DNA of 64,000 bases from an uncultured virus (IMG/VR IMGVR_UViG_3300043571_000263) (lineage: Duplodnaviria; Heunggongvirae; Uroviricota; Caudoviricetes), in the IMG/VR virus record IMGVR_UViG_3300043571_000263; one strand, given 5' to 3'. The notes under the pieces were generated by a model, which saw nothing but the letters and a program-made list of their open reading frames with translations, was not told where the DNA came from and did not search any database. Of this stretch, positions 33,677-42,712 are shown piece by piece. The position numbers and the translations under genes were made by a program. Position 1 is the first letter of the stretch. The number at the start of each line of letters is the position of its first letter.

Positions 33677-34337
33677 TTACTGGCTGTGCCTCCGCTAAGT
33701 TTTGGGCTTTGCTTGCGCCAAATCCAAGCTCTTCTGGTGTGTAGGGGTTAATCGGCATCGAGTCAATAAATCCCTTGCGGTCAGCTTGAATGAATAACGT
33801 TGTCGCAATTCCCTGACGGTGTTCATCAGGAAGACCAAGCTCGATCTTGATATCGTTGGCCTTCTTGACACAGAGCCGCATAAGGTTGGCTGCTTGACAG
33901 AGAAACGTCTTTGTTTCGCGGTCTGATTTTTGTTGGGGCGGCTTTTGCTCTGGAGCCACAACACGAAATGCTGCGGGCTGCGAAACAGCAGGGGCTGTTG
34001 CCACAGGTTGGACTGGTTGTGCTGGCTGTGCGATTTGCGTAGCGGGGACTCCTGCGAGCTGGAACTCCATACGCGCAGTCCCTTGCTTGCTGTTTCCAGA
34101 TGCCATGAGGACGACTTGTTGCCCAACATGTGATTCAAAACCAGATTTGATCTCCGGTGTGTCAACCCAATAGACATGTTTGACTCCATCAACAAGAAGC
34201 TCCACCAAGCAGAGCGTGTTGTTTTTTACCATCTTCGGCGCGTTCATCACGGTAACGAGCTTGGGGCCGTCTTTGACGAGTGCGCTGTGGTAGAGAGTCG
34301 GGTCTTTGGGTTTGTTGTTTGTGTTTTGATATGCCAT
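33654..34337 (-). CDS. Putative ssDNA-binding/recombination protein
   Basis: Beta-rich N-term, AQP linker, IATTLFIQA helix, acidic-aromatic C-tail DEEEIF; next to exonuclease. Confidence 0.5.
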   Translation of the reverse strand: MAYQNTNNKPKDPTLYHSALVKDGPKLVTVMNAPKMVKNNTLCLVELLVDGVKHVYWVDTPEIKSGFESHVGQQVVLMASGNSKQGTARMEFQLAGVPATQIAQPAQPVQPVATAPAVSQPAAFRVVAPEQKPPQQKSDRETKTFLCQAANLMRLCVKKANDIKIELGLPDEHRQGIATTLFIQADRKGFIDSMPINPYTPEELGFGASKAQNLAEAQPVNDEEEIF

Positions 34338-34360
34338 AAGGATTATAGGTTAGGCAGATA

Positions 34361-34388
34361 CAGACACGGCGCAAGACAATTCGTTCAA
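34361..34388 (-). promoter_or_regulatory. Class M promoter TTGAACG-N15-TGTCTG
   Basis: Consensus match upstream of 34337. Confidence 0.65.
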
Positions 34389-34396
34389 TGTTTTGT

Positions 34397-34432
34397 AAAA
34401 AAAAGCGACCCCGCCGATTAAGCGGGGCCGCT
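34397..34432 (-). terminator. Intrinsic terminator
   Basis: AGCGGCCCCGC...GCGGGGTCGCT followed by T8. Confidence 0.85.
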
Positions 34433-34484
34433 CCAACACACACACACACATGTTTAGTTACTTCAACCTTACATTAAAAACCCA
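34397..34484 (-). ncRNA. Candidate GU-repeat small RNA (~88 nt)
   Basis: TTGCAA-17-AAGAAT (extended TG) promoter at 34491-34519, CAT(GT)n core, GC hairpin + T8 terminator. Confidence 0.6.
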
Positions 34485-34571
34485 AAAACCATTCTTGCAC
34501 GATTTCTCGATTATTGCAACAGGAAAATGCTCTTGATTGTGAACATTTTTTAAGCTATGGTATTTGATTAA

Positions 34572-36314
34572 ATGGCCACAGAATATCCCCCTTTAGGAAA
34601 GTCTTACGTTTCAGGATACGCAAACAATGAGCGCGACTATCCAATTGTGTCAATCAGGAAAGACCCAAGGGTTGAAAACTACAAAATTCCCGACGACCTT
34701 TCCCCGCATCCCGACTCCTCAAGGTGGCCAAACCATGTGTTTACAGGAGCACAGCCAACGCGCAGCGATGAGAGGGTAGAGTGGGTTTATGAGATTCTGC
34801 CGGGGCCGTGGGTTCCATTCACCCGCTATGACGACAATCTTGGCCCAGTTCAGGGCAGACGCCGCTCCGTAATCAACACGGGGCAACGCGCCTCTTTGGC
34901 AACCAATCAAAAGAGAACCTACGAGGGGCGTGAAGGCTCGGCGATTGTCTCTCTGGAGATTGAGGAGAATTGGAGCGACGGCTCTGGCTCTGAAGAAAAC
35001 CCAGCATTCCCGATCAACACAAGCGACATCTACGACGAAAGACTTGGCCCTGTTGAGTTGCAACGTCAGATTGTGGTGGCCACAGGAGATGAGGTTGGTT
35101 CCATCACTCAAGACGGCGCGGTTGTAACCGAAATCGAGTTTGAACCCTACAACGAGTTTCTGCTTGTCAAAACAACCAAAAGATACAGCCTGCCAAGCGT
35201 TGATTTAACTGGTCAGGCCACAGGCCAATGGGGCGTTGAGTCCACCAGTAGAAGGTCTGTTGACAATGGCTCATCTGCCGATTTTGGGTTTGGGATTAAG
35301 GGTTCTCAGGTTCAGCCGCAAGGAGACGGCAGCTCCCTAAAACAAACCGAACTGTATCCGCCTGACTCCAATAATGATGGGGTCATTTATACACTAAGGG
35401 GGCAGGAGGAGGACGAGACAACCAAGGCCGTGGTCAGTGTTGAGAAGTCTTTGGTTGAGGCTGAAACCGTGGAGTCTGGAAGGGTGGCAAATTACATTGC
35501 TGGCCTTAGAAGCAACAATTACACTGTTGAGGTTCAGCCGTTGGACAAGTGGCACAGCATTACTGTTGCTTCCAAAATAACGTCTCCCCCGCAGAATGAG
35601 ACTTGGACAGAGACGGGTGGAATATCCCTGCCCAATCGCCTTCTGGAGGTCGGTGTAATCTGGGATAAAAAGATAGACTCAAATGCCGGAACCGCTGGAG
35701 TTGATAATATCGCAGGGGTTGAGTCTGAGGATATTTCTTGGAATGTAAAGGCGGAGGCGGCGATTACTGGAAGCTTTTCGGGCCGTCCGTTCACCAAGGT
35801 TGAGGCTGGATATAATGGCCCAGCAGAAATGACTGTTGTAAGGACGTTCACTTTCGGCGAGCCAACAACCCCCATCTCTGTGAGAAACTTCAAGCCTGTG
35901 TTCGGATACATTACAATATTCGGGATAGCGCAGCAAAGAAACGGAACTTCTTATGTTGCTGGTCAGGGCGATATTAGGGCCGCGTCTGGTGCTTATACCA
36001 GATTTGATGGAGACACGGACATGGTTGTTCACGACTTTGGCCCAGTTGAACACAATAACCCAACGTTGCAGGCATTGGGAGACGGCATTGGTGCTTTGAC
36101 TGGCAATATCTCCGCAAGCGGCGGCAGCGTTCCGGGAGGCGGCTCCTATCCCACAATCAATCTTTCGTTAAACTTACAGGCATCGGCAAGCTTGGAGCTT
36201 CCGCCAAGTTCCGTTCCCCTCCTTTCTGGACAGACATTCATTAAGCAGGTGGTCACAAGACCTTGGAGGCTTGGATGGTGGGTGCGCGAGGTTTATACTG
36301 CAAAAGTTCCATGA
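34572..36314 (+). CDS. Putative tail/virion structural protein
   Basis: 580 aa beta-rich, G/S/T/V-rich; no catalytic motifs. Confidence 0.5.
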   Translation: MATEYPPLGKSYVSGYANNERDYPIVSIRKDPRVENYKIPDDLSPHPDSSRWPNHVFTGAQPTRSDERVEWVYEILPGPWVPFTRYDDNLGPVQGRRRSVINTGQRASLATNQKRTYEGREGSAIVSLEIEENWSDGSGSEENPAFPINTSDIYDERLGPVELQRQIVVATGDEVGSITQDGAVVTEIEFEPYNEFLLVKTTKRYSLPSVDLTGQATGQWGVESTSRRSVDNGSSADFGFGIKGSQVQPQGDGSSLKQTELYPPDSNNDGVIYTLRGQEEDETTKAVVSVEKSLVEAETVESGRVANYIAGLRSNNYTVEVQPLDKWHSITVASKITSPPQNETWTETGGISLPNRLLEVGVIWDKKIDSNAGTAGVDNIAGVESEDISWNVKAEAAITGSFSGRPFTKVEAGYNGPAEMTVVRTFTFGEPTTPISVRNFKPVFGYITIFGIAQQRNGTSYVAGQGDIRAASGAYTRFDGDTDMVVHDFGPVEHNNPTLQALGDGIGALTGNISASGGSVPGGGSYPTINLSLNLQASASLELPPSSVPLLSGQTFIKQVVTRPWRLGWWVREVYTAKVP

Positions 36315-37000
36315 ACGAAATAGACCCCCAAAAACTGGAAATTCTAAGACAGGCACTTCCGCGTGGATTGGCGGCTGGTGATGGCGGATTTGTTGATTCT
36401 CGCGGCACTCCAGACGTTATGCCGCAATTTGCGCCGTTTCGCTCCAACACAATACAAAACAAGCTAAGAGTTCCATCGCCTGAGTTTTCCGATCCCCCGC
36501 AAGTTGGAGGAGCTGGGCCGAAGATTCCGCTCCATCCGTTTCAGGTTGTTCAGATAAACAATGATGGAAACTACAGCTATTTTGTAAACCTTGAGAGCAA
36601 TCTGTTTTCTTCGTTGTCCCCGACATCGAAGGTTGCAATCACAGGATTGAATAGTCCGTTTACGCTTACCTCTGGAGGCTACATCTGGCTTGGAATTACA
36701 TTTAATAGAAGCGGCGGAGTAACTGGCGCGTTTATCGACAATAGCGACACCGATACCTTTAACCTGTCTGCCGCACCTTGGAGCGATAACAATGCTTATG
36801 TTGAAGATGACGGCGAACCCGAACCAGAAGGCGCAAGACACCAATCGTCCCGCAAGCTCATAGCTTACATCATTGCTGGGGCAAATGGAGAGCCTGTGGT
36901 TAAACAGGTTATGCGTAACGACCAAGTATTAAGAAGCGTCTGCATCAATGGCAAGCCGGCCCAATATCCATTCGCCCACGAAGGGGGGTATCCATTTTGA
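36311..37000 (+). CDS. Putative tail-associated protein
   Basis: HPFQV motif, beta-rich, coupled to upstream gene. Confidence 0.5.
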   Translation: MNEIDPQKLEILRQALPRGLAAGDGGFVDSRGTPDVMPQFAPFRSNTIQNKLRVPSPEFSDPPQVGGAGPKIPLHPFQVVQINNDGNYSYFVNLESNLFSSLSPTSKVAITGLNSPFTLTSGGYIWLGITFNRSGGVTGAFIDNSDTDTFNLSAAPWSDNNAYVEDDGEPEPEGARHQSSRKLIAYIIAGANGEPVVKQVMRNDQVLRSVCINGKPAQYPFAHEGGYPF

Positions 37001-38070
37001 GCGGAGTAAATTACTGCGACGGTTATTTGCCGTTCTGCATACCAACTGAAGTTGGTGGAAAGGATATTGAGTTGTGGGACGGAAGCACGACATTTGAGGA
37101 TGTTATTTATCGAGAGGGAGAAAATCCAGACGATCCATTTGGAGAGCAGGTAATAACACTGGCCTCCAACTCATCAAGCGAATACATTCCTGTTGTTGGA
37201 AACGGGTGCGGGTGGGTTGAAATTGATATAAACACAGCATGTGAGCTTTATTGGCGAGCGCGTGCGTTAACTTTTACAGAAGAAAGTATTACTGGCACAA
37301 TCACGTCCCAGTCCTTCTATCAAACGCCAGTCTTGGCAGAGGTAACGGCTACAAGAATAAATGGTGTTTTGGATGAGAACATTCAGAACGAGGGGTCTTT
37401 GGTTTGTTCAAAAAAGTCTCCTTGGGAGTCGCTGTTCCCGCTACTTTCTGGTGGATGGCCAAGATTTGATTTTGAAGCAACAATGCAATCAATAGACAGC
37501 GGAGAGCCTGACTACGAGTTTATTGGAAATTTCCCAGTTGATCCGTTTGTTAATGGAAGCGTTGTTATCGAGCCTCAATTTGTTGATGAGTTTGGCTTTC
37601 AGGTTCTTGGCTATACAACCGATGGAACTGGTTTAAATTTTAGACAAATAAAAGAACAGCCAGACAGGGTTTACGTTGCTTTAGTATCACTTTTTGGCCC
37701 TCCGATTTTTCAATATATTACTAGATACAACTTTTTAAACGGCGACCCCGTTAATGCCGGTATATCAATTGTGAGCGGAGATGCTGTTGGAATTTTCCGA
37801 ACTACAGATTTTACCGGATTTAGTAGCCTGTTTGAACTTACGGATCAATCTACAACCATAACAATACTCGGAAAAAGCAACTCCGTGAGAGTAATAAAAT
37901 ACACGGATGCCGTTTACTCTCCAGACGGATTTTACACAATAAACGAAATCAAAGATTTGTTGAGACAGCATTACCCAACAATATTCTCATACCCCAATCT
38001 TGGAATAAAGGCTCTAGAATACTTCACCTATGGAGGTATTTACGATAAAGACACCGGAGAACAAGTATAA
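36997..38070 (+). CDS. Putative tail/receptor-binding protein
   Basis: YWR motif near N-term, C-terminal YFTYGGIYD.DTG; AT-richer variable middle. Confidence 0.5.
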   Translation: MSGVNYCDGYLPFCIPTEVGGKDIELWDGSTTFEDVIYREGENPDDPFGEQVITLASNSSSEYIPVVGNGCGWVEIDINTACELYWRARALTFTEESITGTITSQSFYQTPVLAEVTATRINGVLDENIQNEGSLVCSKKSPWESLFPLLSGGWPRFDFEATMQSIDSGEPDYEFIGNFPVDPFVNGSVVIEPQFVDEFGFQVLGYTTDGTGLNFRQIKEQPDRVYVALVSLFGPPIFQYITRYNFLNGDPVNAGISIVSGDAVGIFRTTDFTGFSSLFELTDQSTTITILGKSNSVRVIKYTDAVYSPDGFYTINEIKDLLRQHYPTIFSYPNLGIKALEYFTYGGIYDKDTGEQV

Positions 38071-38838
38071 CTACTTACTGTCTTTGTAGTTTTCGTAAGC
38101 GCGATTGCTGATAGTGTAAAACGTTTTGCAGCATTTGCACATCATTTGTCTCTTTACCGTGCCAGCGGCAGTGGTTCGGGTTTTGGACAAATACACGTCT
38201 GTTTCTCCGCAATTGGGACAATCGTATTTTTCTCCGCCATTAGCAACCGCGTAATTGTATTGATGGTTGGCGTAAGTTCGGAGTTCTTGGTAAACGCGCT
38301 CAAGCAAAACAACATCACGCTTGCAATAGTCCACCATTTTCCGAAGGCTCTTTCTGTCCTTGTTGAGGACAATTGATTTCCACAAATCAAAACCTCCCGT
38401 GTCCATCTTTCCGCCGAAGCCCAAAAACTTGGCAATATAATCAAGCTTGTTGCTGTTGAACAAGAATTGGTTGCGGGCAATCTTCAAGGTGTCTAAGGTA
38501 ACATACTTTGGATACATGGGAACGCGATGGTAGAGGCATCGAGTCTTGAGCCATTTCATGTCGAAACGGTCTCCATTGTGTCCTACGATTTCTTCGGCGG
38601 AATTTGCGATTTCCGAAAACTCCTTAACCATCTTTTTGTCGCAATGGTTTTCATCCCACGTCAAAGAATGGACATGGCGTTCCCCCTCCCACTTGTAGCA
38701 GATGCAGATGATGGCTCTTTCCTCCAAAATGTTGTCATGGGGGATTCGCAGCTCGTATCCGGTTCTCCAAGAGAACACAACGTTTGGAGATGTTTCGATG
38801 TCAAAGAATAAACGGCGACGTTTGATTTTGTTGCTCAT
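38071..38838 (-). CDS. DnaQ/RNase H-like 3'-5' exonuclease with Zn ribbon
   Basis: FFDIETSP, VGHNGDRFD, DTLK, NKLDYIA, YCKRDV, CPNCG. Confidence 0.85.
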   Translation of the reverse strand: MSNKIKRRRLFFDIETSPNVVFSWRTGYELRIPHDNILEERAIICICYKWEGERHVHSLTWDENHCDKKMVKEFSEIANSAEEIVGHNGDRFDMKWLKTRCLYHRVPMYPKYVTLDTLKIARNQFLFNSNKLDYIAKFLGFGGKMDTGGFDLWKSIVLNKDRKSLRKMVDYCKRDVVLLERVYQELRTYANHQYNYAVANGGEKYDCPNCGETDVYLSKTRTTAAGTVKRQMMCKCCKTFYTISNRAYENYKDSK

Positions 38839-38842
38839 ATTG

Positions 38843-39454
38843 TTATTCTAAACCGCGAATCATGGCCAGCGTCCTGACGTATCCAATGCTGTCCAGCAAG
38901 TTGTCGTATGTTGTTTTGTTTTGATCTCTGGCAATCTTTAGCAATACCATCATCCAAGCAATGTCTTCAACTGTAATGTTTCCACCCTCTTTGCGGTTTC
39001 CAAGGTAGATGTTCCACAGGTCTGCGATTCTCTTGAAGTTCTCCGTTGGGTGGCCGTAGTCCTTTTGTCGGTCGCCCGATGTAATGCGCTTGGCTTGGTC
39101 AAGAATGGACTCTTTTCCGTGTTCCACCATTGATGGGTAGAGATACACCTTCTTGCACAGCCATTGGGCTACAGCAAGCTCTGCCTTGGCTCCTTTACTT
39201 TTCTCCCAATCTGGCAGCATGGCGATGGCATCTGCGTTAATAAGTCCAATAAGATCGCGCTTGGCAGCTCCAAGCAAGAACTCCTCGTCCATAACGAAAT
39301 CTGGATGAGTTGGGTCGTATCCCGCCTCAGAATCCAATCTTGCGGGATTTATTACTTCGTATCCCTGTTCTTTGAGTTTTTCTTCCGCCGCGAAGAATGC
39401 AGGGAAATTGTAATGGGTGTAACCCGTCATCGGGCCAGCCAGATATATTTTCAT
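38843..39454 (-). CDS. DUF4406 (deoxyribosyltransferase-like) fused to DUF6378-like domain
   Basis: IYLAGPMTG..NFPAF...NPA...WEKSKGA.AE; GDRQKDYGHP.ENF.RIA.LW...LKIAR...D.IGY. Confidence 0.8.
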   Translation of the reverse strand: MKIYLAGPMTGYTHYNFPAFFAAEEKLKEQGYEVINPARLDSEAGYDPTHPDFVMDEEFLLGAAKRDLIGLINADAIAMLPDWEKSKGAKAELAVAQWLCKKVYLYPSMVEHGKESILDQAKRITSGDRQKDYGHPTENFKRIADLWNIYLGNRKEGGNITVEDIAWMMVLLKIARDQNKTTYDNLLDSIGYVRTLAMIRGLE

Positions 39455-39474
39455 GTGTTGTGTTGGTTGTGTGT

Positions 39475-39750
39475 TTATTCGATGTTTTTCTTCAAAACAT
39501 TTTTTAATCCGCCGTCATCATCATTGTCGTCGTCGTCATCAATTTCGTCAATGTCGTCTTGGGAATACATGATGTCGTGGATATTCGATATAAGACCATC
39601 AATTGTGTAGTCATTGCCAAATTTAATAAAAGCATTTTTGGTTTCGCTGGCTTCCTTGTAGGTAACAACAACGTAGCCTGCATCGACATATTCGACAAGC
39701 TCATGGCAGAGTTTGTTCAAAATTTCTACAAGTTTTTCGTCTCGCCCCAT
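39475..39750 (-). CDS. Hypothetical protein with acidic tail
   Basis: GGAGG RBS; poly-Asp. Confidence 0.6.
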   Translation of the reverse strand: MGRDEKLVEILNKLCHELVEYVDAGYVVVTYKEASETKNAFIKFGNDYTIDGLISNIHDIMYSQDDIDEIDDDDDNDDDGGLKNVLKKNIE

Positions 39751-39876
39751 TAAAATTCCTCCCTGCAATTTTTACAGATTCTCAATACACCCACATGTTT
39801 GACGTAAACCGTGTCAACGTTTTTGTCTCCGCAATACGGACATTGATTTTGCTTGGGCTTTTGCTTTTTCTTTTTG

Positions 39877-40473
39877 TTATTTTGTTGCATACAACTCTTT
39901 GAGAATTCTTGAAATTACACGACCGTATTCCATTGGGGCAATATCCGTTTTTCGGCTTGGGGAAACCATGCGGTGATCCAAAACCATGTTGGGTTGAATA
40001 TTCCAATTCCTCATTCTTGGCAAGATGTATTCCATAGCAGAAGCAATGGCGTCCTCGCCAAGCGGCTCAAGATATGTGTCGCCCTCCCAGCTAACACCTA
40101 TTGACCAGCTATTGAGGTCTGGGCGGCCCTTCCAGAGGCTTTTGCCGGCGTGCCATGTTCTCATTCGGTCGTCGGCAAAAACGGTTCTGCGGCCATCTCT
40201 GGCGATTAAGCAGTGGTAACTTACCTTAGACGCTGGATTCATTATCCAGTCCACGCCTCCAGCGTAAGAGCCACCCGAATGGTGGAGAACGATTGCTTCG
40301 GGCTTGATTAGGGAGCCGCTTTTATTGGGCGTGTTTTTTCTCGCCTCTGGATATTTTTTGACGCTCACGCTTGGAGTGGATGGTATTGGCGATACGGATA
40401 CAGAGTTCGGCGAGTGTGGTGACTGGCCACTTTTTGATCTCTTTCCAAACAGCTTCAAGATCGCGTTCCACAT
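39877..40473 (-). CDS. Endolysin, N-acetylmuramoyl-L-alanine amidase
   Basis: IVLHHS, VSYHCLI, TWHAG.S.W, N.WSIGVSWE, DHR.VSP.RKTD. Confidence 0.9.
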   Translation of the reverse strand: MWNAILKLFGKRSKSGQSPHSPNSVSVSPIPSTPSVSVKKYPEARKNTPNKSGSLIKPEAIVLHHSGGSYAGGVDWIMNPASKVSYHCLIARDGRRTVFADDRMRTWHAGKSLWKGRPDLNSWSIGVSWEGDTYLEPLGEDAIASAMEYILPRMRNWNIQPNMVLDHRMVSPSRKTDIAPMEYGRVISRILKELYATK

Positions 40474-40519
40474 TGCTCATTTTTTCCAAGGGCAACTGCG
40501 AGTGCCAATGTCCCAACGC

Positions 40520-40699
40520 CTAAAAATCCGCTCCACCTCTGATTCCGAAGTGTTTGGTAATCTTCCCTCCCTGTATCCGCCCTTTAACTGAGAACTTGAT
40601 TGAGGCGAGGAGGCGGACAAGGAAGGGGCGGCTATCTTCTTTTTCTGGGGGGTGGATGAATATTTCACGAAGATGCTCCTTTTTTATTTGTTTGCTCAC
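40520..40699 (-). CDS. Small basic lysis-cassette protein
   Basis: GTG start overlapping upstream stop; amphipathic FLVRLLASI, ends GIRGGADF. Confidence 0.5.
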   Translation of the reverse strand: MSKQIKKEHLREIFIHPPEKEDSRPFLVRLLASIKFSVKGRIQGGKITKHFGIRGGADF

Positions 40700-41034
40700 C
40701 GTTTGCGGCGAATTGGGTTTGATTTCTTTTTGGCAGGAATGGCCCTGCGAACTTCTGTGTAGGTTTCGGGGCCGAACCATCCATCCTGCTCGACATTGAC
40801 GACAGCCTGAATCTTCTTAACCTCTTGGGTCTGCTTGGCGTTGGTGAAGTAGTTTACTCCGCTCATAATGCCAGCCCAGACAAAGGCGACAATTGCCGAT
40901 TGGTCGACGGTGCTGGCGAGGTTCGGGTCGAACGAGGCAATCTTGGCCACCACCCAGCTAACACCAGCGGCGATGAGCGGGGTAATGATTCCGCCAGCCT
41001 TTGACACCAAGAACTGAATAAGTTTTTCTTTCAT
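40696..41034 (-). CDS. Holin-like membrane protein with PG-binding-like tail
   Basis: Two TM segments; IQ..V.V.QDGWFGPET. Confidence 0.55.
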   Translation of the reverse strand: MKEKLIQFLVSKAGGIITPLIAAGVSWVVAKIASFDPNLASTVDQSAIVAFVWAGIMSGVNYFTNAKQTQEVKKIQAVVNVEQDGWFGPETYTEVRRAIPAKKKSNPIRRKR

Positions 41035-41315
41035 TATTCGGCTTTCAGCTTTTGAACGGCGGACTCGATGGTGAAGCGAATAACGCTTTCAGCGGCGTCA
41101 ATTCCCCTCTTGGTTGCCGTTTGGGTGAGAAGCTTGACGGCGGCTTCGCGCTTTTGTGCGCCTGTCTTGTTCGTATCGGCAAGCGAGCGAACAATCTCAA
41201 GTGCGATGGGTAGCAATGCGGCTGCGCCAGACACAAACACACTCTTGAGGATGGGTGCGTAGAAGTTGAAGATTGCGCTGGAGATTCCAGCAAGTTTTGC
41301 GAGTAATGATTTCAT
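41034..41315 (-). CDS. Holin-like protein
   Basis: Hydrophobic N-term, TGAQKREAAV...IESAV motif. Confidence 0.6.
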   Translation of the reverse strand: MKSLLAKLAGISSAIFNFYAPILKSVFVSGAAALLPIALEIVRSLADTNKTGAQKREAAVKLLTQTATKRGIDAAESVIRFTIESAVQKLKAE

Positions 41316-41331
41316 AGGTTTTCAATCTATC

Positions 41332-41604
41332 TCAAAATCCTTTGGACTTCAAGTAATCTTCGATTCTTTTTGTGCGCTCGTCAATTCGGGCCAATGTCTC
41401 TGACCTTATTTGATTTTCCTTACTCATCAGATCAATCCTTGCGTCCTGCTTTACATCGTTAGCTTGTATTGAGCGCATTTGTTCAGGCAAAACAATCCAT
41501 CCATTCAGCGCGGAAAACATTGTAACCATTAAAGCCACACCGGCGATTAACTCGCTCATGGTTAGCTTTACTCCTCTTTCGTTTCTTACTTGCTCTATGC
41601 TCAT
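41332..41604 (-). CDS. Single-TM coiled-coil protein (XhlA/holin-like)
   Basis: TM then LARIDERTKRIE. Confidence 0.55.
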   Translation of the reverse strand: MSIEQVRNERGVKLTMSELIAGVALMVTMFSALNGWIVLPEQMRSIQANDVKQDARIDLMSKENQIRSETLARIDERTKRIEDYLKSKGF

Positions 41605-41608
41605 TGTC

Positions 41609-42706
41609 TTATGGAACGTTAGGATAGTTAGTCCAAGTTGATACAGTGATGCCGGACTTGTCTCCAATGGTTTGGCCAGAGCCTAGCGTGTAACCCGTAG
41701 CGTCTGGGCCGATATAGACATCGGTGATTGACGTGGCATAAAACGCATAGCTGCCAATGGAGCCTATAGGTTGATTAAGATAGGCAACTGTAAGGCCGGA
41801 GCAACCTGCGAATGCAGAGCCTCCAATAGTTGTTGCAGAGTTTCTAATAGTGACGCCTGTTATTAAATTGTCTCGAAACGCTCCTTGCCCAATTGAGGTG
41901 ATAGAATCGGGAATAACAATGCTTGTTAGAAGGTTGTATGCAAACGCATAGTCGCCGATTGAGGTGACGGATGCGGGAATTGTGAGAGAGCCAGATAGTT
42001 TGGCACTATTGGCAAAACTATCCTGAATGGCTGTTCTACCGTCTGTGAGTATGACGCTGCTTATGAGGCCGTCCGCGAACGCATAGCTTCCAATGGATGT
42101 GACAGAAGTTCCAATTGTAAGTGATACATAATTGTTGAATCGAAACGCATAGCTTCCAATAGAAGTGACAGAATTGGGGATTATTAAATCGCCCTCAAGG
42201 CCGCTGCAATATCGAAACGCACTGCTTCCAATGGAGGTAACGGAATTGGGGATTATTAAATCGCCCCCAAAGCCGCCGCAATATCGAAACGCACTGCTTC
42301 CAATAGAAGTGACAGAATTAGGGATGACTAGGTTGCCGGTAATGTTATAGCAACTGGCAAAAGAACTAGCTCCAATTGAGGTGGCGGAATTACCAATGTA
42401 AAGTTGAGTGAGGTTGGAGTTGTAAGATTGCCAGCTATTAGGAATGTCGCCGTAAACGAACAAAGAATCCCCTGCTGCGGAGTCATAGACAAAAGTTGGC
42501 AATATGGGAAGGCTGCTTGGTGATGCGGCAAATGACCACGCTCCCGATTTGCGGCCATAAAGGTCGCCATCAGAAGGAGCGTCTTGCAAGAAAGAATTGG
42601 CGGCTATCTTTCTGGTATTATTTACCGCGCCGTCTATAGCAAAAAAGTCACCAGCCGATGGGGCTGTTGCTGTCGTTGCTATGTCTTTGATTCTTTGATC
42701 GGCCAT
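41609..42706 (-). CDS. BspA-type leucine-rich-repeat protein A (putative virion adhesin)
   Basis: Tandem IPNSVTSIGS.AF..C repeats; DAPSDG.LYGRK.GAW fibre motif. Confidence 0.85.
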   Translation of the reverse strand: MADQRIKDIATTATAPSAGDFFAIDGAVNNTRKIAANSFLQDAPSDGDLYGRKSGAWSFAASPSSLPILPTFVYDSAAGDSLFVYGDIPNSWQSYNSNLTQLYIGNSATSIGASSFASCYNITGNLVIPNSVTSIGSSAFRYCGGFGGDLIIPNSVTSIGSSAFRYCSGLEGDLIIPNSVTSIGSYAFRFNNYVSLTIGTSVTSIGSYAFADGLISSVILTDGRTAIQDSFANSAKLSGSLTIPASVTSIGDYAFAYNLLTSIVIPDSITSIGQGAFRDNLITGVTIRNSATTIGGSAFAGCSGLTVAYLNQPIGSIGSYAFYATSITDVYIGPDATGYTLGSGQTIGDKSGITVSTWTNYPNVP

Positions 42707-42712
42707 GGCTTA

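Noticed and set aside
38071..39454. Z-base or 7-deazaguanine DNA modification system
   Set aside because: No PurZ, Que/FolE or DpdA-like motifs visible in the window
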